64,000 nucleotides of DNA from Candidatus Micrarchaeota archaeon (lineage in GTDB: Archaea > Iainarchaeota > Iainarchaeia > JAADDC01): contig JALTXX010000004.1 of NCBI GenBank assembly GCA_027046625.1, forward strand, positions 1,698 to 65,697. Direction: 5' to 3'. Each line of letters starts with the position of its first letter. Position 1 is the first letter of the stretch. The translations under genes and the position numbers were made by a program. Positions 38,193 to 47,965 of this stretch are shown here, one piece after another. Below the pieces are notes generated by a model, which was not told the origin of the DNA, made no database searches, and worked only from the letters and a program-made list of their open reading frames with translations.

Positions 38193-38611
38193 GGGGAGAA
38201 TCTGATCAACCTCTGGAAAAACAGCTTGTAGATCTGGAGAAATTGGATGCTGAGGGGTATATGAGGGTTGTGCATCACGCAGGGGAGAGGGGTTATCATA
38301 TAAAGCTGGTTCTAAACGATAAAGAAGCTATATCTCTCTTCGTGTGGAATGAGAAGGTATTTAGGGGAGAAAATACCCTTGCAAGGAGTTATGGCATCAT
38401 ACCCATTGAAGAGATAGAGCCAGACGAGGGAGACGAAATACTAGCAGAAGGCAGGTATAAACTAAAAGATGGGATATTGGAGCTATTCTTTGAGAAGGGA
38501 AAGTATAGTGGAACCATTAAGTACAGGCTGAAACTAAAAGGTATAAAGGAGTATATATCCCAAAAGCACGGACACTCCGTAAGGCCGGAGTATTTTCTCA
38601 TAGCTCTATAA
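38105..38611 (+). CDS. Hypothetical protein (168 aa)
   Basis: Intact ORF with no motif. Start is probably an internal Met. Confidence 0.4.
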   Translation: MYGRDWSILAVFHMGDNRMVATIPYSPKMRGESDQPLEKQLVDLEKLDAEGYMRVVHHAGERGYHIKLVLNDKEAISLFVWNEKVFRGENTLARSYGIIPIEEIEPDEGDEILAEGRYKLKDGILELFFEKGKYSGTIKYRLKLKGIKEYISQKHGHSVRPEYFLIAL

Positions 38612-39860
38612 CGTCACCCATATTGGGTGCGATGCCCCTTATTCCATATCGTTCCTCTACCTCCCTTGCAAGGAGTTCCACATTTTCTGGATCTCCATGT
38701 ATAGCAATTACAACATCTGGTTGCACCTTTTCTATCATTTTGAAGAGGTCCTCCCTTCCGGCATGTGCAGAAAAATCAAAGTATTCCCTCATAATCTTAG
38801 TATCGAACACATAGTTATCAATCTCTAGTTTACCTTCTTCCAGTAGCTTTCTACCGGGAGATTCCTTTGTCTGGTAGCCTGTAAATAGAACTGCTGAGGA
38901 GGGGTCATCCTTTAGCTTAAGTAGGTAGTGTAGCACTGGTCCTCCTTGGAGCATGCCTGCGGTGGCTACTATGATAGACGGTTCATCAAGGGCGTGATCT
39001 CTCTGTCCGGAGGAGCGTATCCATATTACCTTCTTGGATGCCTTCTTGAGCCTGTGGTAGTTAGAAATGTAGTCTGGAAATCTTAGGATGATACGAGTGG
39101 CCTGTCTCGCCATACCGTCAAAGTAGATGGGATAGTTTAGATGGTAGGATGTGAGTAGATCTATTATTTCTTGAGCTCTTCCTAGGGCAAATACAGGGAT
39201 TACCACATGCCCTCCGTTATCAAGTATCTCCTTTATTTTTTCTACAAACCGTCTCTCTGTCTCTTCTCGCGGTGGGTGATCTCTATTGGCATAGGTTGAC
39301 TCTATTATGAGAATGTCTCCATCTGCATGGCTCAAATCAGCTCCTGAGTGTAGTCTCATAGGCTCTATCTTGAAATCACCCGTATAAAGAATGGTAACAT
39401 CACCTGTATCCAACCTTGTAAGTGCAGATCCTGGTATGTGCCCAGCATCAGAAAACTCCACAGATATGTCTCCCACCACAAAGGGTTGATAGTAATGGAA
39501 TGTCACGGTTCTCCTCTTTGCCTCCTTTATATGTTCCCTCCCATAAGGAGGATCTTCCCCCCTCAACTTTGCCACCTTCATGGCATCCTCCCAGAGAAGC
39601 TCAGATAGTTCAAGGGTGGGGGGTGTCATATAGAGGGTGGTGGTGAGCTGGGTGAAAAGGTGGGGCACATATCCAGAGTGATCGAGATGTGCATGGGAGA
39701 GGATCATTGCATCTATCATGCCATGAAACTCAAGGGGGTACTCCACTCTATCTGGTTCTATTTTAACCCCATAGTCCAGAAGGATCCTATCTTTTCCCGT
39801 ATCTAGGATAAAGGCTGATCTACCCACTTCATGTGCAGCACCATATACTTCAAGCTTCAT
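38598..39860 (-). CDS. Beta-CASP metallo-beta-lactamase ribonuclease (aCPSF2/RNase J-like)
   Basis: HAHLDHSG motif, followed by downstream D/H motifs and a 420 aa length consistent with archaeal beta-CASP RNases. Confidence 0.75.
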   Translation of the reverse strand: MKLEVYGAAHEVGRSAFILDTGKDRILLDYGVKIEPDRVEYPLEFHGMIDAMILSHAHLDHSGYVPHLFTQLTTTLYMTPPTLELSELLWEDAMKVAKLRGEDPPYGREHIKEAKRRTVTFHYYQPFVVGDISVEFSDAGHIPGSALTRLDTGDVTILYTGDFKIEPMRLHSGADLSHADGDILIIESTYANRDHPPREETERRFVEKIKEILDNGGHVVIPVFALGRAQEIIDLLTSYHLNYPIYFDGMARQATRIILRFPDYISNYHRLKKASKKVIWIRSSGQRDHALDEPSIIVATAGMLQGGPVLHYLLKLKDDPSSAVLFTGYQTKESPGRKLLEEGKLEIDNYVFDTKIMREYFDFSAHAGREDLFKMIEKVQPDVVIAIHGDPENVELLAREVEERYGIRGIAPNMGDVIEL

Positions 39861-40552
39861 AGTTGGAAAAATGAGAGAGCGGTCTTATAAATAATACGCG
39901 CAATTCTATCCTCGTCATCACCTTTAATGGAGGAGATTAAAGAGAGTACCTCTTTTACCCTGAGGGGATGGTTCTCCCTTCCTCCTATTCTTACGGGGTA
40001 ATCCGTCTCCGTAAGTATATTTTCAACAGGTATAACATCTATTAACGCTCTGTAGGAACTATATTTGAGAGCCGCAGGACCAAAGGAGAATAGATATCCC
40101 CTATTAACGCCTTCCAATGCGGTTTCTACATCTCCAGAGTACCAATGCATCAGCACGTTAACATCGTAGTGAGAGAGTATCTCCATAACCCTTTTGTAAC
40201 TCCTCCCAGAATGTACAACTACAGGTTTCTCATACTCTTTTGCAAGTTCTAACATCCTCCTAAAGGTTTGTTCTTGTATACGAAGTGGTATAGAATATTT
40301 TTCGTCCAATCCGATCTCCCCCACAGCTACAGCATTCTCCAAGGAAAGGGAGAAGTGTGTGTCTGCACGAGATGGGTGCACACCAACAGCTGCATATACT
40401 CCCTCTAACGATGACAGCTCCAAACACCTACGCGATGTTTCCTCGTCCTCTCCAGCCGTTATCAAAATGGTAACTCCTCCTTTTCTTGCCTCTGAGACTA
40501 TCTTCTCAGGAGAAGGAGCTTCATAAAGATGAAGATGGGCATCCACCAGCAT
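39857..40552 (-). CDS. tatD: TatD-family metal-dependent hydrolase
   Basis: N-terminal VDAHLHL metal-binding motif, 231 aa, 4-nt overlap with the beta-CASP gene. Confidence 0.8.
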   Translation of the reverse strand: MLVDAHLHLYEAPSPEKIVSEARKGGVTILITAGEDEETSRRCLELSSLEGVYAAVGVHPSRADTHFSLSLENAVAVGEIGLDEKYSIPLRIQEQTFRRMLELAKEYEKPVVVHSGRSYKRVMEILSHYDVNVLMHWYSGDVETALEGVNRGYLFSFGPAALKYSSYRALIDVIPVENILTETDYPVRIGGRENHPLRVKEVLSLISSIKGDDEDRIARIIYKTALSFFQL

Positions 40553-40668
40553 GAAAAACCCTTTCTATAGAAATATTTATTGATGATGAGGGTGACCGGG
40601 GTGAGGTATACGATGATCGGACTCGAAAGGGCTGAACCTTTATAACCATTAACACTGTTAATTCTAAC

Positions 40669-41325
40669 ATGCTGAGGGTAGAGGATCTACATGCATGGAT
40701 AGAGGGGAAGGAGATCGTAAAAGGTGTGGACTTGGAAGTAAACAAGAGAGAGATTGTAGTGGTAACAGGGCCCAACGGCAGTGGGAAGAGTACTCTTGCA
40801 AGGACTATTATGGGAGATCCAAAGGTAGAAGTTAAGGAGGGTAGCATAATATTCAAAGGAGAGGACATTACGGATCTACCCCCAGAAGAGAGGTTTGAAA
40901 GAGGCATTTTTCTCACATTTCAGGTTCCTCCTGAGTTTGAGGGAGTAAAAATAGGAGAGTTTCTCATGAAGGTAAAGGGAAGGGAGGATTTGGAAACGCT
41001 GAAGGAGCTCAAGGAGATCTTTAGAAGGGTAGGACTGAAAGAGGAGTTCCTTTTTAGGGAGCTTCATAGAGGACTTTCCGGAGGCGAGAGAAAGAGATTA
41101 GAACTGGCACAGGCACTCTTTCTGGGAAAGGATATGATTATACTGGACGAAATAGACAGCGGTGTAGATATAGAGAGTGTAGAGATGATGATCTCCATTA
41201 TAAAGGATCTTAAGAAAAGGGCAGGAATATTATACATAACACACAACCCCCTCACCCTCAAACTGTTGGAAGATGAGCGTATCATACGCATGAAGGAGGG
41301 GAGAGTAGTTGAGAACGGTAGGTAA
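40669..41325 (+). CDS. sufC: Fe-S cluster assembly ATPase SufC
   Basis: Walker A GPNGSGKST, ABC signature LSGGERKRLE, Walker B IILDEIDSG. Followed by sufB and sufD. Confidence 0.85.
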   Translation: MLRVEDLHAWIEGKEIVKGVDLEVNKREIVVVTGPNGSGKSTLARTIMGDPKVEVKEGSIIFKGEDITDLPPEERFERGIFLTFQVPPEFEGVKIGEFLMKVKGREDLETLKELKEIFRRVGLKEEFLFRELHRGLSGGERKRLELAQALFLGKDMIILDEIDSGVDIESVEMMISIIKDLKKRAGILYITHNPLTLKLLEDERIIRMKEGRVVENGR

Positions 41326-42634
41326 GGTAGAACGTTCCCTCGTGGAGGAGATTAGCAGAAAGAAGGGAGAGCCTGAGTGGATGAGACAGCTTAGACTCCA
41401 GTCTCTAGAGCTCTTCGAAAAGATGAGGGACCCCGTATGGATAAAGGGAATAGACGAGGTGGATCTGGATAAGTTAGTACTGTACGAGGATGTTGAGGTG
41501 AGAGCAGATAAATGGGAAGAGTTACCGGACGAGATTAGAAGATTCTATGAGGAACTAAACCTCCCAGAGATGGAGAAGAAGTTTTTGGCGGGGCTTTCCA
41601 CATCCTTTGACAGCGAGATTGTATATTCAAGGGCCAAGGAGATGTTAGAAGAAAGGGGAGTAATTATGCTACCCATGGAGGAGGCTGTAAGAAGATATCC
41701 TGAGATGGTGAGAAAATACTTTGGAAGGGTATTTCCACCTGCCACCCACAAGTATGCAGCCCTGCATTATGCTCTCTGGAGTGGAGGGGTATTTGTGTAC
41801 GTACCCAAGAACGTAAAGATAGAATTTCCTGTAGAAGCCTTCTTCCTTATCTCCTCTGAAATGTTTGCACAGTTTGAGCACAGCCTCATTGTAGTAGATG
41901 AGGGAGCTTCCATCCACTTTATTGAAGGTTGTTCATCTCCTCAGTTTAGGAAGTTCTCCTTCCACGATGGTGTAGTAGAAGCTTACGTACATAAAAATGC
42001 CCATCTGAAGTTTACCACCGTGCAGAACTGGAGCAGGGACATAATAAACTTTAACAACAAGAGGGCCATAGTGGAGGAAAACGGATCTGTTGAGTGGGTT
42101 GAGGGTGCCTTCGGCTCAAAGGCCTCCTTTGTATACCCATCTGTAACCCTTCAGAAAAACGCAAGAGCTAGAGTAACAAACTTTTCCATCTCTCACCAAG
42201 GAGAGTGGAAGGAGAGCGGCTCAAAGGTGTTCCATCTAGGAGAAGGATCGAGAAGCACTGTTATATCAAAGACTATATCCACAGGGGACGGAGTATCTGT
42301 TTACAGGGGGCTTCTAAGGATAAACAAGGGTGCAAAGCATGCATTTTCCGCCATCTCATGTGACTCCCTCCTCATGGATGAGGAGAGTAAGACGTTCACC
42401 TACCCCCACAATCAAATAGAGGAGGAGACCGCAAGGGTATCCTATGAGGCTACCACATCCTTTCTCACAGAGGAGCAAATGTTCTACATGAACTCGAGAG
42501 GTTTAGATGAGGATGCAGCGAAGGCCATGATAGCTCTTGGGTTCCTTTCCGATGTGGTGGCAGAGCTTCCTCCTGAGTATTCGGCTGTATTTAGGAAGGT
42601 ATTAGAATACGACTTTAGGGGGAGTGTAGGATGA
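41309..42634 (+). CDS. sufB: Fe-S cluster assembly protein SufB
   Basis: 441 aa beta-helix SufB/D-family protein, translationally coupled to sufC and sufD. Confidence 0.85.
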   Translation: MRTVGKVERSLVEEISRKKGEPEWMRQLRLQSLELFEKMRDPVWIKGIDEVDLDKLVLYEDVEVRADKWEELPDEIRRFYEELNLPEMEKKFLAGLSTSFDSEIVYSRAKEMLEERGVIMLPMEEAVRRYPEMVRKYFGRVFPPATHKYAALHYALWSGGVFVYVPKNVKIEFPVEAFFLISSEMFAQFEHSLIVVDEGASIHFIEGCSSPQFRKFSFHDGVVEAYVHKNAHLKFTTVQNWSRDIINFNNKRAIVEENGSVEWVEGAFGSKASFVYPSVTLQKNARARVTNFSISHQGEWKESGSKVFHLGEGSRSTVISKTISTGDGVSVYRGLLRINKGAKHAFSAISCDSLLMDEESKTFTYPHNQIEEETARVSYEATTSFLTEEQMFYMNSRGLDEDAAKAMIALGFLSDVVAELPPEYSAVFRKVLEYDFRGSVG

Positions 42635-43494
42635 AGGAGTATCTTCCCTATGGAGATAGTCCCACTATCAGATCCTATACAAGGTGGGAGGTATTTGAGG
42701 AAGCTGCTAAGAGGGAAGGAAGTGCAAAGGTTTCAGGGGTGGAGGAGAGCAGGGAAGATCTTCTCCCGCCACACCTCTGGTTTGACAACCTCCACAACCA
42801 GAAGGTAAGTACATTTAGAATCACAGACAACAAAGTAAGCATTGAAGGAAAGGATGGTATGTCATTTCTTCATCTTAAAGGAAGAGTTGAAGGAACTCTT
42901 CTAATAGAGGAAAAAGGAAATGTAAGCGTTACCGGGGAGTTGAAGGGAAGAGGAACAGTATTACACGTTGTCGAGGGTGGTCCACACTACTCGAGATGGA
43001 ATATCGAGGGTGATATAAACATCCGGACTCTCGTAAAAGGGGAAGATATATACCTCAGGTATGAAACAAGGGGGAACATAGACGCAAGAGGAGTTTCTCT
43101 GGAAGGAAGGAGCGATATCAACCACGAACTTCATGTGGAGAACGGTGAGGTATTCACCTCTCACCTACTCATAGGAAGGGAAGGAGACTTTCTAGTGTAC
43201 AGGCCAGTAGCAAAGGTATACAGGGGTGGCAAATCTCACCTAGAGGCTCTACTACTAAAGAGGGGAGGATTTGTGGTGGGTGTTCCCTCTGTTGAGGTAT
43301 ACACTTCAGATGTGAGGGCTGCTTCCCATTCCGTAAAGGATCTTGTCCTATCTGAGGAGCAGTTATTCTATTTAAGGAGCAGGGGATTTTCCCCGGAGGA
43401 GGCAGAGCGGTATCTAATGGATTCCTTGCTTCAGTTTCTGCTGGGGGATCTGAAGGATAGGGTTCATCTGAGTGCCCGCTCTATATCTGAGTAG
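42631..43494 (+). CDS. sufD: Fe-S cluster assembly protein SufD-like
   Basis: 287 aa SufB/D-family C-terminal core (EEQLFYLRSRGFSPEEAERYL), overlapping sufB by 4 nt. Confidence 0.7.
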   Translation: MKEYLPYGDSPTIRSYTRWEVFEEAAKREGSAKVSGVEESREDLLPPHLWFDNLHNQKVSTFRITDNKVSIEGKDGMSFLHLKGRVEGTLLIEEKGNVSVTGELKGRGTVLHVVEGGPHYSRWNIEGDINIRTLVKGEDIYLRYETRGNIDARGVSLEGRSDINHELHVENGEVFTSHLLIGREGDFLVYRPVAKVYRGGKSHLEALLLKRGGFVVGVPSVEVYTSDVRAASHSVKDLVLSEEQLFYLRSRGFSPEEAERYLMDSLLQFLLGDLKDRVHLSARSISE

Positions 43495-44639
43495 AGGAGT
43501 ACCATAGATATAGAGACAGGTATCGCAAACATGATAACAGATTGAATAAAAACAATATCTTCCGCTGAAACCATATAATAGGCAATCAATACAAGGAAAA
43601 GGGTGAGCATTCTCCCCATCGTTATGTAGAAGGAGCGCGAAAGGGCAATTATTTTCACCGTTTTTCTAGCCAGCGTGTATAGGGTGGCTGATACGGCTAC
43701 TTGAAAGGTGTTCATCACCCACCGTATAATCTCACCCAGGGAAACCCAGAGGGGATGGAGAGTAAAGCTCACAATAAGAGCGTATATTGTGCTTCCAAGG
43801 TACATAAGTTTTCCCATCCAAAAAGGTAGCTTCCTATCAAAATAATACCCTAGCAGGTGAGAAAAGAAGGCAACAAACAACCCTATGACCGTTTTTACTG
43901 CTCCAAACGCTAGTACACTACCTTGTAGCACAAGATAGAGGAGGAGAAAGCCCGGTGTTGTGAGTCCACTTAATATCCCCTCGACAAAGAAAAGACGACG
44001 AAAAGGTGCATTAATTACTTCTTCAAATGTTATAGGTACCTTGTATGTTTTCTTGAAACCTCTCACAAGGAATAGAGAAAGTATCAGCGTAAAGACAAAT
44101 ACAATCCCGTAAAAGGTATGAAACCCCAGGTAGTATATGAAGGCCGAAGCCGCTATAGGGGATAATATGGATATAAAGTTCTCTATAAATGTGAGGTCAG
44201 CCACCTCGCTTCCAAATTGCCTCTCCCTTCCAAACACACTAAAGGAAAGGTGATAAGCATCCCAATATAAGCTAAAGGAAAAGGCTTCAAGAATGGAAAA
44301 AAGCAGTATTGAGTACTCGTTTATGCCAAAAAGAAACACCAGCAAGTACATAAGTCCGCTCATGAGGATTGCCAGGAACATGGCAGTTTCTATTCCCCAT
44401 TCTCTTAGTATTATAACATTCAAAGGTCTTGAAATAAGCCGAAATAATCCATAGGAAAGGAAGAGATAGAAAAGGGTGTATCCTAACCCAAGAGTTGTGT
44501 AGATATAGAGGGGAAGAAAAAGGGCACCTACAGAGAGAAAGGCTGCCCTTATAATGGACAGCTCGTAGAAGTGTTTTATCTCCTCTGGAAGTTCATAAAA
44601 ATGGGTGAGGGGAATGTGGTGAAACAGTCTGTAAGGCAT
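43464..44639 (-). CDS. Polytopic membrane protein (hypothetical, 391 aa)
   Basis: Ten or more hydrophobic helices with no motif. Directly abuts the upstream secreted protein gene. Confidence 0.5.
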   Translation of the reverse strand: MPYRLFHHIPLTHFYELPEEIKHFYELSIIRAAFLSVGALFLPLYIYTTLGLGYTLFYLFLSYGLFRLISRPLNVIILREWGIETAMFLAILMSGLMYLLVFLFGINEYSILLFSILEAFSFSLYWDAYHLSFSVFGRERQFGSEVADLTFIENFISILSPIAASAFIYYLGFHTFYGIVFVFTLILSLFLVRGFKKTYKVPITFEEVINAPFRRLFFVEGILSGLTTPGFLLLYLVLQGSVLAFGAVKTVIGLFVAFFSHLLGYYFDRKLPFWMGKLMYLGSTIYALIVSFTLHPLWVSLGEIIRWVMNTFQVAVSATLYTLARKTVKIIALSRSFYITMGRMLTLFLVLIAYYMVSAEDIVFIQSVIMFAIPVSISMVLLYSDIERALR

Positions 44640-45293
44640 TTACCTCACCCACACAACTACATTATTTCCTCCAGCAGAAAGCTCTATGGTTTTGTCCCCC
44701 TTCCTGAGTATAATGCCTCTTGTTGTTAACACATTGGGCTCGATCCACCCCTCCTCCTTTAACCACTCCCTTAGTTGGGTGAAGTATTCCCCGTTAAACT
44801 CTCCAAACACCCTATAGATAAGCTTATTTCCCTCTACACTCTCCAACACCACCACGGAGAACATCCGCCCAAGTGCATTTCTTACATCCTCATCAACGGG
44901 AGATAGGTGAGGCGGAAGCTGTGGAGATGGATAAAGTATAACCCTCATGATATAAAGATTTTCATCCCGTGGGGTTAGATATATCTGAAAACGATAATCA
45001 CCTAGCATTCTCAGCACTATTGTGTTATCCTCCTCCCATCCATAGAAGTAGAGGTTGCATAGATCAGATGCTTCTTGAATGTAGAGCAAAAGGCTGTTTA
45101 GATCCCCTCTGTAAATGTAGTTCCACTCGTTATCCCGATAGGACGCTAGGGCGGTGTTTGGGATATCATAGAGACAGGGCGGAGAAGGGTAACCCATAGA
45201 AGCGGATGGTTGGTAGGTTGTATAACTGTAAAGTAGTAAAATAACGGCTAGCAACGCTACAGCTGCCACTATAGAGCGTCGGGGAAGTTCCAT
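44640..45293 (-). CDS. Secreted or membrane-anchored hypothetical protein
   Basis: N-terminal transmembrane/signal segment (SIVAAVALLAVILLLY) and a Y/W-rich body. Confidence 0.45.
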   Translation of the reverse strand: MELPRRSIVAAVALLAVILLLYSYTTYQPSASMGYPSPPCLYDIPNTALASYRDNEWNYIYRGDLNSLLLYIQEASDLCNLYFYGWEEDNTIVLRMLGDYRFQIYLTPRDENLYIMRVILYPSPQLPPHLSPVDEDVRNALGRMFSVVVLESVEGNKLIYRVFGEFNGEYFTQLREWLKEEGWIEPNVLTTRGIILRKGDKTIELSAGGNNVVVWVR

Positions 45294-45326
45294 GAAAAAA
45301 TGTTAGAGGGGAGGTTTATAAGCCTA

Positions 45327-45458
45327 TGGGGCCGCGGGGATTTGAACCCCGGACCTTCGGGTCTCCCCCTATTTAGACCCGAAGCTCTTCATCGGCTGTC
45401 CTCCGCGCTCCAGACAAACGTCTGGAGCCCGACGCGCTGCCAACTGCGCCACGGCCCC
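45327..45458 (-). tRNA. tRNA-Trp (anticodon CCA) with an approximately 59-nt intron
   Basis: Exons: GGGGCCGTGGCGCAGTTGGCAGCGCGTCGGGCTCCAG...ACCCGAAGGTCCGGGGTTCAAATCCCCGCGGCCCC. Intron segment GUCUGGAGCGCG is complementary to the anticodon arm (bulge-helix-bulge context). Confidence 0.8.
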
Positions 45459-45468
45459 CTCACCCATA

Positions 45469-46713
45469 CTATTTAAGGAAAGCTTTAAGATATCCTATCA
45501 TATCTTCCATGGCTATCTCTTTCTCTTCTCCACTATCCATATGTCGTATTCTTACCTTTTCTTCCTGCTCTTCCTTAGGACCTGCTATTATTACAAGAGG
45601 TATACCAAGGTTATGGGCATACTCGAGCTGTTTTCTAAGATTTCTAGCCATAACATCACTCTCAGATGGGATACCCACCTCCCTAAGTAGGGAAAGAATC
45701 CTCAAGGTATATCTTTTACCTGCGATGGATGCAACAAATACCTGTGTTACCCTCCTTCTTCTAGGCGGTGAGAGAATATCGAACAACCTATCCACTCCTA
45801 TGGAGTACCCTGTTGCAGGCACATCTCTCCCCGATAACAACCTTATGAGCTCGTCATACCTGCCTCCCGATCCTATGGATCCTAGAGAGGGATTATCATT
45901 AATGTATGTCTCGAATACAACACCTGTATAATAGTCTAATCCCCTTACCATTTTTGGGTCAAACGAGGAGGGAATCTTCATATCATCCATATACTCTTTA
46001 AAGGCTAAGAGTTCCTCTTTTGCCATTTTCAATGTTTCGTTGCTTTCTGGAAGCTCTTCCACAGATGTCTCCAGCTCCAAGAAGCTATCAAGGTACTGTT
46101 CCAGGCCTTTTTTCCTCAGTTCCTCTCTTACCCCATCCTCCCCTATCTTCATCCACTTATCCACACTTCTTACGAACTCTGAAAGCCTTTCTCCTTGCAA
46201 ACCCACACTCTCTCCCCATCCATCAATAAGTCTTCTGCTGTTGAAGAAAAGGGTAAATGAAGGCGTTCCTACCCTTTTCAGAGCTGTCACGCCTGCCCAC
46301 ACAGTTTCCGCGTCTGACAGTATATCCTTAGAACCTACTATATCTATATCTGCCTGCACAAACTCTCTATATCTACCACTTTGAGGTCTATCATATCTCC
46401 AAACCTTTCCTATGGCATACCTTCTAAATGGCAGAGGTATTTGGGGGTTTTGAGCAATTACCCTTGCAAGGGGAACTGTGTGATCGAATCTAAGGCCGAT
46501 CTCCCTCCCGCTTTTATCCTTGAAAATGTATATCTCATCCCTTATGCTCTCAGACTTCAGTAGAAGCACCTCTGCCCGTTCGAGAGCAGGTGTTTCAAGG
46601 GGTGAAAAACCAAATTCTTCATAGGTTTCCCTTATAATATCTATCATACGCTGACGAGCTATTTGATCCTCCGGGAGGAAATCCCTCGTACCCCTAACGG
46701 TGAAGGTACTCAC
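45469..46713 (-). CDS. hisS: Histidyl-tRNA synthetase
   Basis: Class II aaRS motifs (FTVRGTRDFLPED, RYDRPQSGRYREF, GGRYDEL), 414 aa. Confidence 0.9.
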   Translation of the reverse strand: MSTFTVRGTRDFLPEDQIARQRMIDIIRETYEEFGFSPLETPALERAEVLLLKSESIRDEIYIFKDKSGREIGLRFDHTVPLARVIAQNPQIPLPFRRYAIGKVWRYDRPQSGRYREFVQADIDIVGSKDILSDAETVWAGVTALKRVGTPSFTLFFNSRRLIDGWGESVGLQGERLSEFVRSVDKWMKIGEDGVREELRKKGLEQYLDSFLELETSVEELPESNETLKMAKEELLAFKEYMDDMKIPSSFDPKMVRGLDYYTGVVFETYINDNPSLGSIGSGGRYDELIRLLSGRDVPATGYSIGVDRLFDILSPPRRRRVTQVFVASIAGKRYTLRILSLLREVGIPSESDVMARNLRKQLEYAHNLGIPLVIIAGPKEEQEEKVRIRHMDSGEEKEIAMEDMIGYLKAFLK

Positions 46714-46738
46714 CCATTTTTATAACCTCCTCTTCCTA

Positions 46739-47611
46739 ATGTGCTCCGTGGACTTTAAAAGATATGAGGAGGCAGGTAATATACTTGCAAAGGTACTGAA
46801 AGGAGTTAGAATAAAGGAAGGTATGCCCCTCCTATCTCTTGCAGAGGAGATAGAGGAAATGGTTAGGAGATTGGGTGGAGAGCCTGCATTCCCTTGTAAC
46901 CTCTCAAAGGATAGAGAGGCTGCTCATAACACACCAGCTCCGAATGACAGAAGTGTTGCGGAGGGTGTGATAAAGGTTGATATGGGTGTACACGTGGATG
47001 GGTATATCGTGGATGCTGCACTCACGGTAGATCTAACAGGAGAGCACGGAAAGCTCGTAGAGGCTGCCTATGAATCCCTTTCAAACGCACTTTCAGTTAT
47101 GAGAGATGGAGTAGATGTAAAAAAGATTGGAGAGGTAGTAGATGAAACTGCAAGGAGGTATGGCTTTAGGCCTATTGAGAACCTTGGAGGGCATAGTATA
47201 GATAGATATAGGCTGCACGGAGGGCTTTATATACCAAACATTCCAAAGGGAGGAGGAGTATTAAGGGAGGGAATGGTCGTTGCAGTGGAACCTTTCATTT
47301 CTGAAGGAGAAGGAAGGGTGGTAGAGGGTAACAGGGCAGAGATCTTCCAGATCGTAAGGAATACATCCAGAAACCCCAGAGTGAGGAATATCTTGGAGAG
47401 TATGAGGAGAGCCTTTGATGGATTACCCTTTGCAAGAAGATGGGTGGAGCAAGTTGGGATCCCGTCCCAGTGGATAAGGTTTATGGTAATAGAGGGTAGT
47501 TTGAAGGACTACCCTGTGCTTCTAGACAGAAAGGGGGTTGTTGCACAGGCAGAGGCAACAGTAATTATTGAGAAGGATGGTGTGAGGGTTCTGGTGGGCC
47601 CAGATATCTAA
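46739..47611 (+). CDS. map: Methionine aminopeptidase, type 2 (archaeal)
   Basis: Pita-bread metal ligands (VDMGVHVDGYIVDAALTV, GHSIDRY, VVAVEPF). Start taken at MCSVDFKRY. Confidence 0.85.
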   Translation: MCSVDFKRYEEAGNILAKVLKGVRIKEGMPLLSLAEEIEEMVRRLGGEPAFPCNLSKDREAAHNTPAPNDRSVAEGVIKVDMGVHVDGYIVDAALTVDLTGEHGKLVEAAYESLSNALSVMRDGVDVKKIGEVVDETARRYGFRPIENLGGHSIDRYRLHGGLYIPNIPKGGGVLREGMVVAVEPFISEGEGRVVEGNRAEIFQIVRNTSRNPRVRNILESMRRAFDGLPFARRWVEQVGIPSQWIRFMVIEGSLKDYPVLLDRKGVVAQAEATVIIEKDGVRVLVGPDI

Positions 47612-47954
47612 AGGATGCGTAGAATAGGAGGAGAAGCAATAGAAATGTGCCAGCTCTAAAAAGTATATCATGGAGGAAAGGATCTCCTGTCATTAGCACG
47701 ACAAATATCCTGAAACCATTGTAGAGCTGTATAAGGGTAACTCCAAGGAGAAGAGGTAGTAGCTTGTTCTTCCTTGAGGGATATGACACAATGAATGCGA
47801 TAAAAAGAAATGTTTCGTCAAGAGCCGTGCACTCCCACACGGAGTAGAACCCCTCTGGTAGCACAAGCCACCCAGTGAGGGTTTCCCTGAGGGGAAGGAA
47901 GAGTGTCTCCAGGAGGAGGAATATCACCACTCCCTTGAGGATAAACCGTTCCAT
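47565..47954 (-). CDS. Small polytopic membrane protein (hypothetical)
   Basis: 129 aa with four hydrophobic helices, sitting between map and the pilus ATPase. Confidence 0.35.
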   Translation of the reverse strand: MERFILKGVVIFLLLETLFLPLRETLTGWLVLPEGFYSVWECTALDETFLFIAFIVSYPSRKNKLLPLLLGVTLIQLYNGFRIFVVLMTGDPFLHDILFRAGTFLLLLLLFYASFRYLGPPEPSHHPSQ

Positions 47955-47965
47955 GCAACTCTTAA

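Noticed and set aside
40521-40916. Minus-strand 131-aa ORF spanning the sufC start region
   Set aside because: Overlaps the supported tatD-sufC interval and the sufC N-terminus, and has no motif. sufC carries Walker A immediately after its start, so the plus-strand call is preferred.
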